Shown: positions 29,555-38,867, counted from the stretch's first letter. The stretch: DNA of 64,000 bases from an uncultured Chlamydiae bacterium (GCA_963799115.1 CAWCVY010000049.1:3901-67900), one strand, 5' to 3'. The notes: generated by a model not told the origin, from the sequence alone. A program made the numbers and translations.

Positions 29555-30553
29555 TAATGTTTTTGGAAAGGAGTGATAGTCTTGCCGGACCTTGTTCCAA
29601 ATGAATTCTGCCCGTTTATTGCGTTTTGTTTTTTTATCTAGCAACTCGCTTCCGGAGCAGTTATCCCTGTTAATTTCTTCGCCAAAAGCTAAATAGACAG
29701 GGGTAAAGCATACTAGGCGTTTTTCCCCCAATTCTTTTTCCACTTGTTGGGGAGGGGGCATAAGATGATATGTTTGCAAAGCAAGCGTATAGAAATGAGT
29801 CGGACGTTCAGCTTGTTGTGCCATAAGCCAGAAAAGTTCAATACTCTGAGGGTCAAATGGAGCGACATCGATTTCTCCGGCTGCATTTGGACGGTCCCTC
29901 CCGCCGCTAGGTGCGACGAAAATACAATAGCCCCCCTCGTTGAGGAGATCACCCATCTTTTTCATTGTTCGTTGATTGTGTAAAACTTTATTAGCTTTTT
30001 CGCTGGGTGGGTAAGCGATGTGTTTCTTTGAATAAATGCACAATAGATTGCGTCCCATGCTCATGGGAATTGCCATAGGATCGCTGATTACGCGGTGACC
30101 TGCAATAAAAATAATATCGGCAGCCAATTGGGCATCAATGTTCTCCAGTAAAAGGCTAATGATCTGGGGATCGGGTTCTGTTTGATGATTAGCTAGTAAA
30201 ATGACATTTTCCCCTTTTTTGATTTGGGTTCGAATTGATTGCAAATGATCAAGGCCAAAAACTTTAGAATTTGCAAAGTCTACAAAAGGTCGGATAAAGT
30301 CCATTCCAAATTGATAATAGTCAAAAGGGTGGCGAATACTTTTATGAAAAATTTGAAATTTGTAGGGATCTTGAATTTGTTCGGCAATAAACTCTATAAG
30401 CTTTTCAAAAATTTTTTTATTTTTTTCTTTATAGGGGGTATTGCAAATGGCTTGAGAGTAACTGTCATAAAATTCCTGAATCAGTCCGGCAAGTTTGGGA
30501 TTGATCATTTTTTTTTCTTGAAAAGAATTTAAAATGGGAAGTTTATCCTTCAT
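29495..30553 (-). CDS. Glycerol-3-phosphate acyltransferase, soluble plant-plastid (ATS1) type
   Basis: The translation carries the H(X)4D acyltransferase motif NHQTEPDP and the motifs FVAPSGGRDR and IAGHRV. The last 19 codons (LDILHNHNSLPVPVPLPLPD) and the stop codon are encoded by the right TIR of element B1. Confidence 0.8.
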   Translation of the reverse strand: MKDKLPILNSFQEKKMINPKLAGLIQEFYDSYSQAICNTPYKEKNKKIFEKLIEFIAEQIQDPYKFQIFHKSIRHPFDYYQFGMDFIRPFVDFANSKVFGLDHLQSIRTQIKKGENVILLANHQTEPDPQIISLLLENIDAQLAADIIFIAGHRVISDPMAIPMSMGRNLLCIYSKKHIAYPPSEKANKVLHNQRTMKKMGDLLNEGGYCIFVAPSGGRDRPNAAGEIDVAPFDPQSIELFWLMAQQAERPTHFYTLALQTYHLMPPPQQVEKELGEKRLVCFTPVYLAFGEEINRDNCSGSELLDKKTKRNKRAEFIWNKVRQDYHSFPKTLDILHNHNSLPVPVPLPLPD

Positions 30554-30555
30554 TT

Positions 30556-32094
30556 CTAAACCTCAATGCGCTTATTATTAGCTGTCGAGTAAAAGCGAAA
30601 TTCATTGATATGCAGGCAGTCATCTGTATCAAAGGTAATATTAGCCTTGTTTTCATTTGCAATTTTCAGCAGATGGGCTTTATCGATAATGGAGAGATAG
30701 CGGTCAAGTTCGGGATGAACGATGAGTTTAAGACCAAATTGTTCCAGACAGCCAATCACTTTTTTAAGAGCTCGTTCAATTTCAATCGAGATGCTTTCAT
30801 GTGATTTCACCATTCCGCTGCCTGTACAATAAGGGCAGTTAGTAAAGATTGTTTGCATCAGAGAACCCCGATTGCGTTGTCTAGTCATTTCAACCAATCC
30901 AAACTCGCTCATACCCAATATCGTGCATTTGGCAGAGTCATCTTTCATGCAATCTTTAAGGCGTTCTAAAACTCGGCGTTGATTTTTACGTAGGCGCATG
31001 TCAATAAAGTCACAAATGATTAACCCTCCAATATTCCTCAAACGTAGCTGACGTGCAATTTCTTCAGCAGCTTCCAGGTTAATGCGTACCAAAGATTCTT
31101 CGACATCGGTCTTATTTGTGCTGCTTCTTCCGGAATTGACGTCAATTGTATACATGGCTTCTGTGCGGTCAAAGAAGAGGTAGCCTCCGCTTGGCAGCCA
31201 AATTTTGCGACGCAGAGTTTTTTCGATTTCTCGCTCGACGTTGAAACGTTCAAATAGGGGAGTTTTGTCTCGATAATACTCAATGCGCAAGGGATGCTCG
31301 CTCGCATAGATGCTATAAAGGCGCTTGCAGTTTTGAAAGATAGGATAATCGTCAACTAGGATACGGTCATACCGCTTGTCGATAGCTGTTAGAACAGCTC
31401 TTTTGATCAAATCCGATTCGGCATATAGCAGCGTAGGTTCCGAAGATAATCGAAAATTTTCCATAATTGTTTGCCAATTATGCAGAAGTTCATGCGCCTC
31501 AGCAATTAACATTTCAGGTGTGGCAGTTGCGCTGGCGGTGCGGCAGATTAACCCCATATCTTGAGGCATCTCGAAAGCGCGAATGAGTTTTTTGAGGCGT
31601 TCACGTGCGATTCTATCCTCGATTTTACGAGAAACGCCACGGTGGGATGAATTAGGCAGTAAGACAAGATAGCGTCCGGCAATCGAAACATTTGAAGTCA
31701 AACGAGCTCCTTTTGAACCGATGGGCTCTTTGACCACTTGCACCAGAACCGGTTGATCCGGTTTCATAAGTTGTTCGATATCTGAGGCTTGCTGTTCTTT
31801 TTCGTTGAGCGCTTTGATGTCATAGTCTAAATCAAAGTCCATGTCGAACAGCTGTTCGAATTTTTTGGTGTTCTCTATAATATCGGAAATATGGATGAAC
31901 CCATTTTCTCCTTCATCAATATCGATAAAAGCCGACTGAATATTATGGAGAATATTTTTGACTCGTCCGCGATAGATATTGCCTGTAAGCTGCCTTTCTT
32001 TTTTGCGTTCAATTATTAGGTCACGCAATTCCCCATTTTTTAAGAGTGCATAACGCATCTCTTTTGATTCGATATTGAGTAGTATTTCGTGCAT
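30556..32094 (-). CDS. rng: Ribonuclease G/E family endoribonuclease
   Basis: The S1 domain reads GNIYRGRVKNILHNIQSAFIDIDEGENGFIHISD. Catalytic-core motifs include IDVNSGR, IICDFIDM and CPYCTGSG. The ATG at 32094 (MHEILLNIE) is the likely start. The ORF track extends to 32127. Confidence 0.85.
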   Translation of the reverse strand: MHEILLNIESKEMRYALLKNGELRDLIIERKKERQLTGNIYRGRVKNILHNIQSAFIDIDEGENGFIHISDIIENTKKFEQLFDMDFDLDYDIKALNEKEQQASDIEQLMKPDQPVLVQVVKEPIGSKGARLTSNVSIAGRYLVLLPNSSHRGVSRKIEDRIARERLKKLIRAFEMPQDMGLICRTASATATPEMLIAEAHELLHNWQTIMENFRLSSEPTLLYAESDLIKRAVLTAIDKRYDRILVDDYPIFQNCKRLYSIYASEHPLRIEYYRDKTPLFERFNVEREIEKTLRRKIWLPSGGYLFFDRTEAMYTIDVNSGRSSTNKTDVEESLVRINLEAAEEIARQLRLRNIGGLIICDFIDMRLRKNQRRVLERLKDCMKDDSAKCTILGMSEFGLVEMTRQRNRGSLMQTIFTNCPYCTGSGMVKSHESISIEIERALKKVIGCLEQFGLKLIVHPELDRYLSIIDKAHLLKIANENKANITFDTDDCLHINEFRFYSTANNKRIEV

Positions 32095-32612
32095 TTCGTC
32101 ACCTTTGTCACTGAACGAAAAACACAAACTCGTTTTATGTCTTCTACTTTAAGCTATTGAAATCCATTGATTTAAAAACATTTAAATATAATCGTTTGTA
32201 ACTCAAAATTTTGCATCATCTACAGTCTCAATTGAATTATTCTGGCTTAAGCTAATCGCTGTCTTTTGTCCTAAGTCGCTATTATTGCCAATTCTGCAGA
32301 TGGATTACTGAGATAGATTCCTTGCATATCATGTAAATGTTTACTTTAACGAGGTTGCATTTTTGTCTAAATGTTGTTCTTTTACTGCTTTAAAATAAGC
32401 ATTTTATAGCAGTTTTTCCTTTGTTATTAAGTCTTAATATGCTCAAATGTAAGCATGCGGTGATGCCTATTAATCCTCTTGCGAAATTTGGCGAATCAAG
32501 CAGAGGATGATAACAGGCACCTGCGGATGATCACATCAGTAATGAATAATAGTGTAAGCGATCCAAAGGTTCTTTTCCAGCAAAAAGTGTAGCTTGGCGG
32601 AAAAGTGCAGCC

Positions 32613-32822
32613 GATTGTGCACGCGTGCACAATCACTGGAAAAAAATGCGAATTTTTTTCATTCATGAAACGACAAAAAATAAATAACTCGATGTGGGAA
32701 TTTTTTTTTCTCTCTCTGTGTGCTCTGTGATCTCTGTGGTTATTTTAACTACCACAGAGATCACAGAGCACACAGAGAGAAGTGCTTATAAAATTTCATC
32801 TGTGAAAACTCGCACATCGTGT
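32613..32822. repeat. Palindromic MITE-like repeat, cacagag family copy A2 (best preserved)
   Basis: A 22-bp perfect palindrome (gattgtgcacgcgtgcacaatc) lies at 32613..32634. A perfect 30-bp stem (32711..32740 / 32751..32780, tctctctgtgtgctctgtgatctctgtggt) encloses a 10-nt loop. The outer ends are tgcgaattttttt / aaaactcgcacatcg. Confidence 0.85.
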
Positions 32823-32956
32823 TATTCTTAGCAGCGATAGCGCATAGGGGCGTAATCTCTGCAAAGTGAGGCTAGGTGGAAAAGATTGTTGGCAAAAAAA
32901 CAGCAACTGGCCTAAAATAAATTCCTTCAAGCGACCTTTTATTTTCATGGCAAATC

Positions 32957-33433
32957 ATGGATGATGCATTTAAAATTTTTGTTGAGCAACTCCGTGATGG
33001 ACGCGAAAGCAAGATCCAGGAAATTTTGGATCCTGAATTTATGGATATCCATGATCCTGAGTTGATTTTCAAAAAGCCGGTTGAATTAGAAGGGGCTGCT
33101 TATATAGCTGAACATGAGCTTTTGATCCATTGGGATATTAAAACCGAAGCTTTAATCCCTTGTTCGATTTGTAATGAACCTGTAGCAGTTCCGATTCAAG
33201 TGAAGAATTTTTACTACAGTGAACCGCTAGCGGAAATCAAATCAGGGGTGTACAATTTTAAGAATCTTTTGCGTGAGACAATTTTGTTAGAGGTACCTAC
33301 CTTTACAGAATGTAGCGAAGGAATGTGTCCTAAACGCCAAGAATATTCAAAATATTTGAAAGAATCTTCCAATCAGGCTGTCGATGAGGATGAGGGTTAT
33401 CATCCTTTTTCAGACTTAGATTGGAAGCATTAA
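32957..33433 (+). CDS. yceD: YceD/DUF177-family protein (large-subunit rRNA accumulation protein)
   Basis: The gene sits in the conserved position directly upstream of rpmF-plsX. It shows a Cys pair pattern (CSICNEP ... ECSEGMCP) and an acidic C-terminus. Confidence 0.7.
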   Translation: MDDAFKIFVEQLRDGRESKIQEILDPEFMDIHDPELIFKKPVELEGAAYIAEHELLIHWDIKTEALIPCSICNEPVAVPIQVKNFYYSEPLAEIKSGVYNFKNLLRETILLEVPTFTECSEGMCPKRQEYSKYLKESSNQAVDEDEGYHPFSDLDWKH

Positions 33434-33481
33434 GTTTGGCTGTGTAAAAAGTTATTTATTTTGTTGAGGAGATATCTATTT

Positions 33482-33667
33482 ATGGCAGTGCCACGTAATC
33501 GCATGTCGAATGCACGCAAAAATTCCAAACGTGCCCATCATGCAAAAACACCTAAAAGTTTATCAACCTGCCGCAATTGTGGGGTACCAAGACTTCCTCA
33601 TTTTAGCTGCAAAGCCTGCGGGACTTATGGAGGAGCAGAAAAGGAATCCCCCGTTAGTGGAGCCTAA
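33482..33667 (+). CDS. rpmF: 50S ribosomal protein L32
   Basis: MAVPRNRMSNARKNSKRAHHA is the canonical L32 N-terminus. A CxxC...CxxC zinc ribbon is present. The ORF track starts at 33461. Confidence 0.9.
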   Translation: MAVPRNRMSNARKNSKRAHHAKTPKSLSTCRNCGVPRLPHFSCKACGTYGGAEKESPVSGA

Positions 33668-33670
33668 GGA

Positions 33671-34669
33671 TTGCGCATAGGGATTGATCTTATGGGAAGC
33701 GACCGCTCCCCGGTTATTCTTTTTAAAGCTATTGAGCAAGCTGTTGGTTTGTTTCCGGAAGTCAATTTCAATGCATTTGCAACGCAGGCAGTAGTGGATG
33801 AAATCTATTCAGACTCTGTGCATCTCTTTCATCAAAGGTTTGCTCGCTTTGCTTTTCAAATTGTTACCGATGTGATTGAAATGCATGATGAACCTTTGGC
33901 AGCGATCCGCCAAAAAAAAAACTCTTCGCTTGCGCTAGGTCTCAAACTGCTTAAAAAACGCTATTTGGATGGTCTGGTTTCAGCAGGTAACACAGGCGCT
34001 TTGATTGCTGGTGCCACTTTGTCCTTGCCTCTTTTACCCGGCATTAAACGGCCTGCTTTATTAGCTGCCCTTCCTACAGAACAAGGCCATGTGGCGATCA
34101 TAGATGTAGGAGGAAATGTTTCTTGCAAAGCGTGTCATTTGGTACAATTTGCTCAACTTGGGGCTGCCTATCAACGCTGTTGTAAGGGGATTGAGCAGCC
34201 GCGCGTAGGTTTGCTCAATATTGGCGTCGAATCTAAAAAGGGAACCTCGGAAGTGCGGCAAGCCTATCAGCTCTTGCAAAGGCAAACAGGCTTTAGAGGA
34301 ATGGAGTTTGTAGGTAACATTGAAGGGCGCGAGGTTTTTCAAGGGGCTGTGGACGTTATTGTGACGGATGGCTTTACAGGGAATATTTTGCTCAAAGCAT
34401 CCGAAGGGGCATCCTTTTTCATATTACAGAAAGTAAAGCAGGCTCTTAGCAACCATTTTCCTGAACAAGTGGATGCTATTTTCCATGATTTACACCATCA
34501 ATTTGATTACGAAGAATACCCCGGGGCCATCATCTGCGGAGTGGATTGCGTAGCGGTTAAATGCCATGGTCAAACATCTCCAAGGGGACTTCTCAATGGG
34601 ATTAAAGGGGCAATTCAGCTGGTTGAAAATGGCTTTATCAATCAGATGAAACATCAATTGCAGAGCTGA
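33671..34669 (+). CDS. plsX: Phosphate acyltransferase PlsX
   Basis: The N-terminus is (M)[10 protein letters not shown]. The motifs VSAGNTGA and [10 protein letters not shown] are present, and the gene shows synteny with rpmF. The start codon is TTG. Confidence 0.9.
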   Translation: MRIGIDLMGSDRSPVILFKAIEQAVGLFPEVNFNAFATQAVVDEIYSDSVHLFHQRFARFAFQIVTDVIEMHDEPLAAIRQKKNSSLALGLKLLKKRYLDGLVSAGNTGALIAGATLSLPLLPGIKRPALLAALPTEQGHVAIIDVGGNVSCKACHLVQFAQLGAAYQRCCKGIEQPRVGLLNIGVESKKGTSEVRQAYQLLQRQTGFRGMEFVGNIEGREVFQGAVDVIVTDGFTGNILLKASEGASFFILQKVKQALSNHFPEQVDAIFHDLHHQFDYEEYPGAIICGVDCVAVKCHGQTSPRGLLNGIKGAIQLVENGFINQMKHQLQS

Positions 34670-34732
34670 GTAACTAACGATATACGAACTGGAAGATTTA
34701 AAAAATTCTCTAATGCTTGGAGATATTCCCTC

Positions 34733-35827
34733 ATGATACATCACAAAATAACGTTAACTTGTTTGTTTCTTATCATTTCTTCCCCATTTGTCTTTTGTAT
34801 CGATGAACCTTGCGACAATTTAGGCAAAGCCAATGAAAGTCCTGTTGTCAATTTAAGGGCGTTGAATCAAAGCCAGATGATCAACTTGATTAACGAATCA
34901 GCTTCTCTCAATAAACTTCAAGAAGCGTGTCAATTGTACCGGTACTTCGATTGTTTACTTGTAGATGAATCGGTCATTGAACATAGCAACCGTCTCATTG
35001 AAAAGCTTAGAGAGCAAGGGAAGCAAATCATCGCAACCACAGATCCTCATAGAGAGCCTAAAGAAAATGAATTGGTTATTGTGTATGGAAATTATCATCA
35101 TGCGCATAACAATTTGCCTTACAACAATAAAATCTGGCGGCATCCCCTATACTTTTCTGATGTGACCCATACGAATTTTGAATATGATCCCGCATGGGAA
35201 TCGATTGGCATCATCTACATCTTAAATTTAGAGGAGCGGGGAGATCGTTATCAGGAAATTTTAGCAGAATTATGCCGTCTGAGAGCCCCTTTACATCGCA
35301 TCCATCATTACAAAGTCAAAAAGGAAACGGTGACAGGAGAGAAATGGCTCGATGCCCATGCCAGCTGTGCTAAGAATCATGGCAATATGACAGAGCACTT
35401 CTTAAATGGACCCCATCAGCATTGTTTAATTTTAGAGGACGATGTCACCTTTACATCTGATGTCGATGGCAATTTACAAAGATTGAAGCTGTTTTTTGAC
35501 CGCAAATATGATTATGAAGTTTGTTTATTGAATTCGAGTAAATACCATCGCATAAAAGAACACGATGATCTTTTATTGCGTTCTTATCAAGAATGCACAA
35601 CTTGTTCCGCTTATCTATTAAGCCGAAAAGGGGCAGAAAAGGCTTTATTCTATTTTCGTGATGGCTACCAAAAAATGATTAAGCTTCGAAATACCTATTA
35701 TTGTTGCGATCGCTATTGGGCTGAAATGCAAAAGGATGATAAATTCTTCCTGTTTCGAACAAAATTTGGTTACCAAAGATGCAGTTACAGCTCAATTACC
35801 GGACAGACTGAATGCCATTTTGATTAA
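34733..35827 (+). CDS. Glycosyltransferase family 25-like (LPS/LOS biosynthesis type) with an N-terminal signal/anchor
   Basis: The segments IYILNLEERGDRYQ, CLILEDDVTF and CSAYLLSRKGAEKAL match the GT25 pattern as I remember it. Confidence 0.55.
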   Translation: MIHHKITLTCLFLIISSPFVFCIDEPCDNLGKANESPVVNLRALNQSQMINLINESASLNKLQEACQLYRYFDCLLVDESVIEHSNRLIEKLREQGKQIIATTDPHREPKENELVIVYGNYHHAHNNLPYNNKIWRHPLYFSDVTHTNFEYDPAWESIGIIYILNLEERGDRYQEILAELCRLRAPLHRIHHYKVKKETVTGEKWLDAHASCAKNHGNMTEHFLNGPHQHCLILEDDVTFTSDVDGNLQRLKLFFDRKYDYEVCLLNSSKYHRIKEHDDLLLRSYQECTTCSAYLLSRKGAEKALFYFRDGYQKMIKLRNTYYCCDRYWAEMQKDDKFFLFRTKFGYQRCSYSSITGQTECHFD

Positions 35828-35837
35828 CTTTCATTCT

Positions 35838-36614
35838 TTAATTTGACGAAATAGCCGTAGCATAATTTCCTTCCCAAAAGGCCTTTTCAAAATTTAAAGA
35901 TAATGCGAACCCTTTTAAAAAATCTTGATACTCTTGCTCTGTCGCATTGCGAAGAACGTAATTGATGAAACCTTTAACTTTTTCAACCGAATTTTCAGTT
36001 TTTTTATTGGACTCAAACCAGTCAAAATAGGGGTTTAAAGGATTCACCTTTTCATAGAGATCTTTTGCAAGATACTTAAAACAAACCACACAACTCATTA
36101 TGCTGCCGGTAGCAAAGTAGTAATTATTTGAATTTGCGGCGTTGAGTAAATGATCAATATACAATTCGCATTCCCTCGTGGGCTGAAAATCAGTAATTTT
36201 TTCAATATAAAGTTGATATAATTTAGGTAGCTCTATTTCGATTTTTTCCGCGATTTGAGTGAGATATTTTTCTTCAAAAGAGGAGGGCGAAAACATGGCA
36301 GCTTGTCGAAAAGCATAGGCATTATGAAGTAAATAGAAGACATCTTGTTGATTATAAGTGAGAAATTTTTCAGTTGGTAATATCCCTGAGGTCATTTCTT
36401 GTACAAAAGGATGTTGAACAATTTTTTGGTAAGTAGGCTGAACTTCGGCCCATATTGCTTCAAAGGAATGATCTTCTTCGGACCAGATATTCGCGGTGAT
36501 GATCAATGCAAGGAATATATACTTGATAATCTTTTTCATCTTTTTCCAGAAAATTTGTTCATAAGATTTGAATTTGAAAAAATTATTGTGAATTTCTTTA
36601 TTTTTATTCAACAT
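35838..36614 (-). CDS. TenA/THI-4/PqqC-family (thiaminase II / CADD-like) protein with a signal peptide
   Basis: The pattern HPFVQEMTSGILPTEKFLTYNQQDVFYLLHNAYAF matches TenA-family helices 1-3. The likely start is the ATG at 36539 (MKKIIKYIFLALIITANIWS). Confidence 0.6.
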   Translation of the reverse strand: MLNKNKEIHNNFFKFKSYEQIFWKKMKKIIKYIFLALIITANIWSEEDHSFEAIWAEVQPTYQKIVQHPFVQEMTSGILPTEKFLTYNQQDVFYLLHNAYAFRQAAMFSPSSFEEKYLTQIAEKIEIELPKLYQLYIEKITDFQPTRECELYIDHLLNAANSNNYYFATGSIMSCVVCFKYLAKDLYEKVNPLNPYFDWFESNKKTENSVEKVKGFINYVLRNATEQEYQDFLKGFALSLNFEKAFWEGNYATAISSN

Positions 36615-36828
36615 CGATTTTCGTTCGGTAAATGTTTCATAGCTATAAGTATTTGATTTATAGGTGTTTGCGAATAATTACTTAAACGCTTATGGATCAA
36701 AAGATTGGGCTCATTTATCGTGTTAAACTCTATTAAAAATCAAAAAATCTGAAAAAAAAAATTTTATTGAAAAGTGATTCCTATATAGCCTATATTGGAA
36801 GGGTATTAGAAGGAAATCTCTCGATCTA

Positions 36829-37965
36829 TTGGAGGTGATGATGTTCCTATTGGAGGTGATGATGGTCGTAACAAAATTTTCTCAATTACCCATCAGCGAA
36901 TGGAGTTATCCTCCCAAAGAAATAAATGCATGCATAGGGATCATCTGCTCAGGTGAGTTGGAAATGAAGCCTGATATTCAAGATAGGATACGGCAGTGCG
37001 CCTATCTTATTGGCGTAGATGGTGGACTAAATTATTGCCATCAGATGAATATCAAACCTGGTTGTGCTGTAGGCGATTTTGATTCGGTAAATCTTTCTGT
37101 TTTAGAAGCGTTAAATATCGAACGAACTAGTTTGTCGAGGGCCAAAGATATGACTGATCTAGAAGCAGCTATAGTAAAAGCTAAGGACATTTCTGCAGTT
37201 GCTCAATGTATCATTTTTGCTGGATTAGGGGGGCGAATCGATCATACTTTGGGAAATATTTTTCTGCTTCTCAGAGATCCCGGCAAAATTTTTCTAGAAT
37301 CTGAGCACCAAGTTGTATTTGCTATCAACGCAACAAATGGGCGGGTACAGATTTGCAATGAAGGCTTCTTAACATTGGCAATTTTTCCTTTGAATGGAGA
37401 GGCACAAAACGTCAATATTGAGACTAACACCGACACCATAAGCCATCAAATAGTGGATGATGTTTTGGTTTTTCATTTTAAAGAGAATTGTTATTTAAGT
37501 ATCGGAAGTGGTGAAGTAATTGTCATTCTGGATAAACGAGAGATATCTATCCCCAACGAATCTAATGAGGAGACCATTCATACAGATTTTTCTCTTAACC
37601 AGCCACTTATTCATATTTTTAAAACCCTTAAACATCAATCCCTTAACTTTAACAAAGTCAAGCTCGTATCGGACAAAGAATCCATAGTTAATATACAACC
37701 TTCGGACTCTTACTCTTTTCCTTGCCAAGTCGGATTGACCGTTTCCCTCATTCCTTTTTTTGGGCCGGCCCAAAATATTACAACAAAGGGCCTCAAATGG
37801 GAATTGCCTAAAACTGTGGGTACATTAGACAAAAACTGTGTGGGGATATCAAATGTTTGTTTGGGGGAGGAATTTTCTGTTCAAGTGGAACAAGGAGAGC
37901 TTTTATGCGTTATTAATCATGACCTTATTGATAAGGAGATGGTTGAGGCTACTCTTGAACATTAA
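36829..37965 (+). CDS. thiN: Thiamine pyrophosphokinase, unusually long (378 aa)
   Basis: The catalytic-domain motifs are GVDGGLNYC, VGDFDSV, KDMTDLEAAI and GGRIDHTLGNIFLL. A C-terminal thiamin-binding-like segment is present (VSLIPFFGPAQNITTKGLKWEL...ISNV). An extra insert of about 130 aa lies between the two domains. Confidence 0.7.
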   Translation: MEVMMFLLEVMMVVTKFSQLPISEWSYPPKEINACIGIICSGELEMKPDIQDRIRQCAYLIGVDGGLNYCHQMNIKPGCAVGDFDSVNLSVLEALNIERTSLSRAKDMTDLEAAIVKAKDISAVAQCIIFAGLGGRIDHTLGNIFLLLRDPGKIFLESEHQVVFAINATNGRVQICNEGFLTLAIFPLNGEAQNVNIETNTDTISHQIVDDVLVFHFKENCYLSIGSGEVIVILDKREISIPNESNEETIHTDFSLNQPLIHIFKTLKHQSLNFNKVKLVSDKESIVNIQPSDSYSFPCQVGLTVSLIPFFGPAQNITTKGLKWELPKTVGTLDKNCVGISNVCLGEEFSVQVEQGELLCVINHDLIDKEMVEATLEH

Positions 37966-37968
37966 TGC

Positions 37969-38778
37969 TTATGACAATTTTTTTCTAAATCTCCAATAAT
38001 CTTTTCCATAATCGAATGTAAGTTCTGTACCTGCGGAGATTTTTTCTTTGGCAAAGAGGACGATGTGAAGAAGGCCGCGGTCTATCAGGCATTTTGGAGT
38101 GAGGTTAGGGTTGTCGCTATGATTGACAAAACGCATTTCATTACCATGCTTTAGGCCATCAATAACAAAGTATCTCAGGGAGAATAATTTTTTGGGATAG
38201 TAGAAACAGTAGCCATTCAGGTCTTGATGAAAGGGGTGAAATTGGCGGACACAGCCTGCATATTCTCCCACAAATGCTTCTGGCAAAATATCTTCATTTG
38301 CAAATGCCCCATATCCCAACTTATCGCCTGCCCATTGAATCCTGATGGGTGCCGTATAACCGCGAAAAATGAGCTTTCTGAACTGGACAGCCAGGTCTCG
38401 TAGTTCTTCAAAGAGCGGACCCCTTCTCATGCTCCAAGGGCAGTTTTTTATCACTTTTTGCAAGGTAGCGTAGTCTTGCAAAAAAAGAGTTGGTGCATAT
38501 GAGATCTGGAAAAATTCCGCAAACTCTTTTTCACTAAAGTGATGGATGGTGGTTTCTTTGTGTGGGACCACTTGGATCTGTTTTGGAATAGAGGTAGAGA
38601 GGATTTCGATACATCTTTTTTTTCCAAGCAGCACTGCGATTTCAAAGGGAGTAAAACCGAGAGTGTTTTTTTCGAATTTTCTACCCGGATCTTTGCTCAA
38701 ACTCTCGACGAGTTCTACATTCTCTTTTAAGACAGCATCATGCAGTTCATAAGACATCCTGGCCCCTATTATACCCAT
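37969..38778 (-). CDS. Ankyrin-repeat + SET-domain protein (eukaryote-like lysine methyltransferase candidate)
   Basis: An N-terminal ANK-like repeat reads GFTPFEIAVLLGKKRCIEIL. The C-terminal SET motifs are FVGEYAG, RFVNHSDNPN and ELTFDYG. Confidence 0.75.
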   Translation of the reverse strand: MGIIGARMSYELHDAVLKENVELVESLSKDPGRKFEKNTLGFTPFEIAVLLGKKRCIEILSTSIPKQIQVVPHKETTIHHFSEKEFAEFFQISYAPTLFLQDYATLQKVIKNCPWSMRRGPLFEELRDLAVQFRKLIFRGYTAPIRIQWAGDKLGYGAFANEDILPEAFVGEYAGCVRQFHPFHQDLNGYCFYYPKKLFSLRYFVIDGLKHGNEMRFVNHSDNPNLTPKCLIDRGLLHIVLFAKEKISAGTELTFDYGKDYWRFRKKLS

Positions 38779-38867
38779 CAGGCTATAAAAAATAAGTTTA
38801 CAAAGACTGTATTAAGTGCTTATTTTTAATATATCAAATCTCATTTGAATAACGTGCGCTATAATTC

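Noticed and set aside
36615-36828. A TPP riboswitch between the TenA-like and thiamine pyrophosphokinase genes.
   Set aside because: I could not find the conserved CUGAGA and ACCUGAUCUGGAUAAUGCCAGCG-like elements. The region is simply AT-rich.
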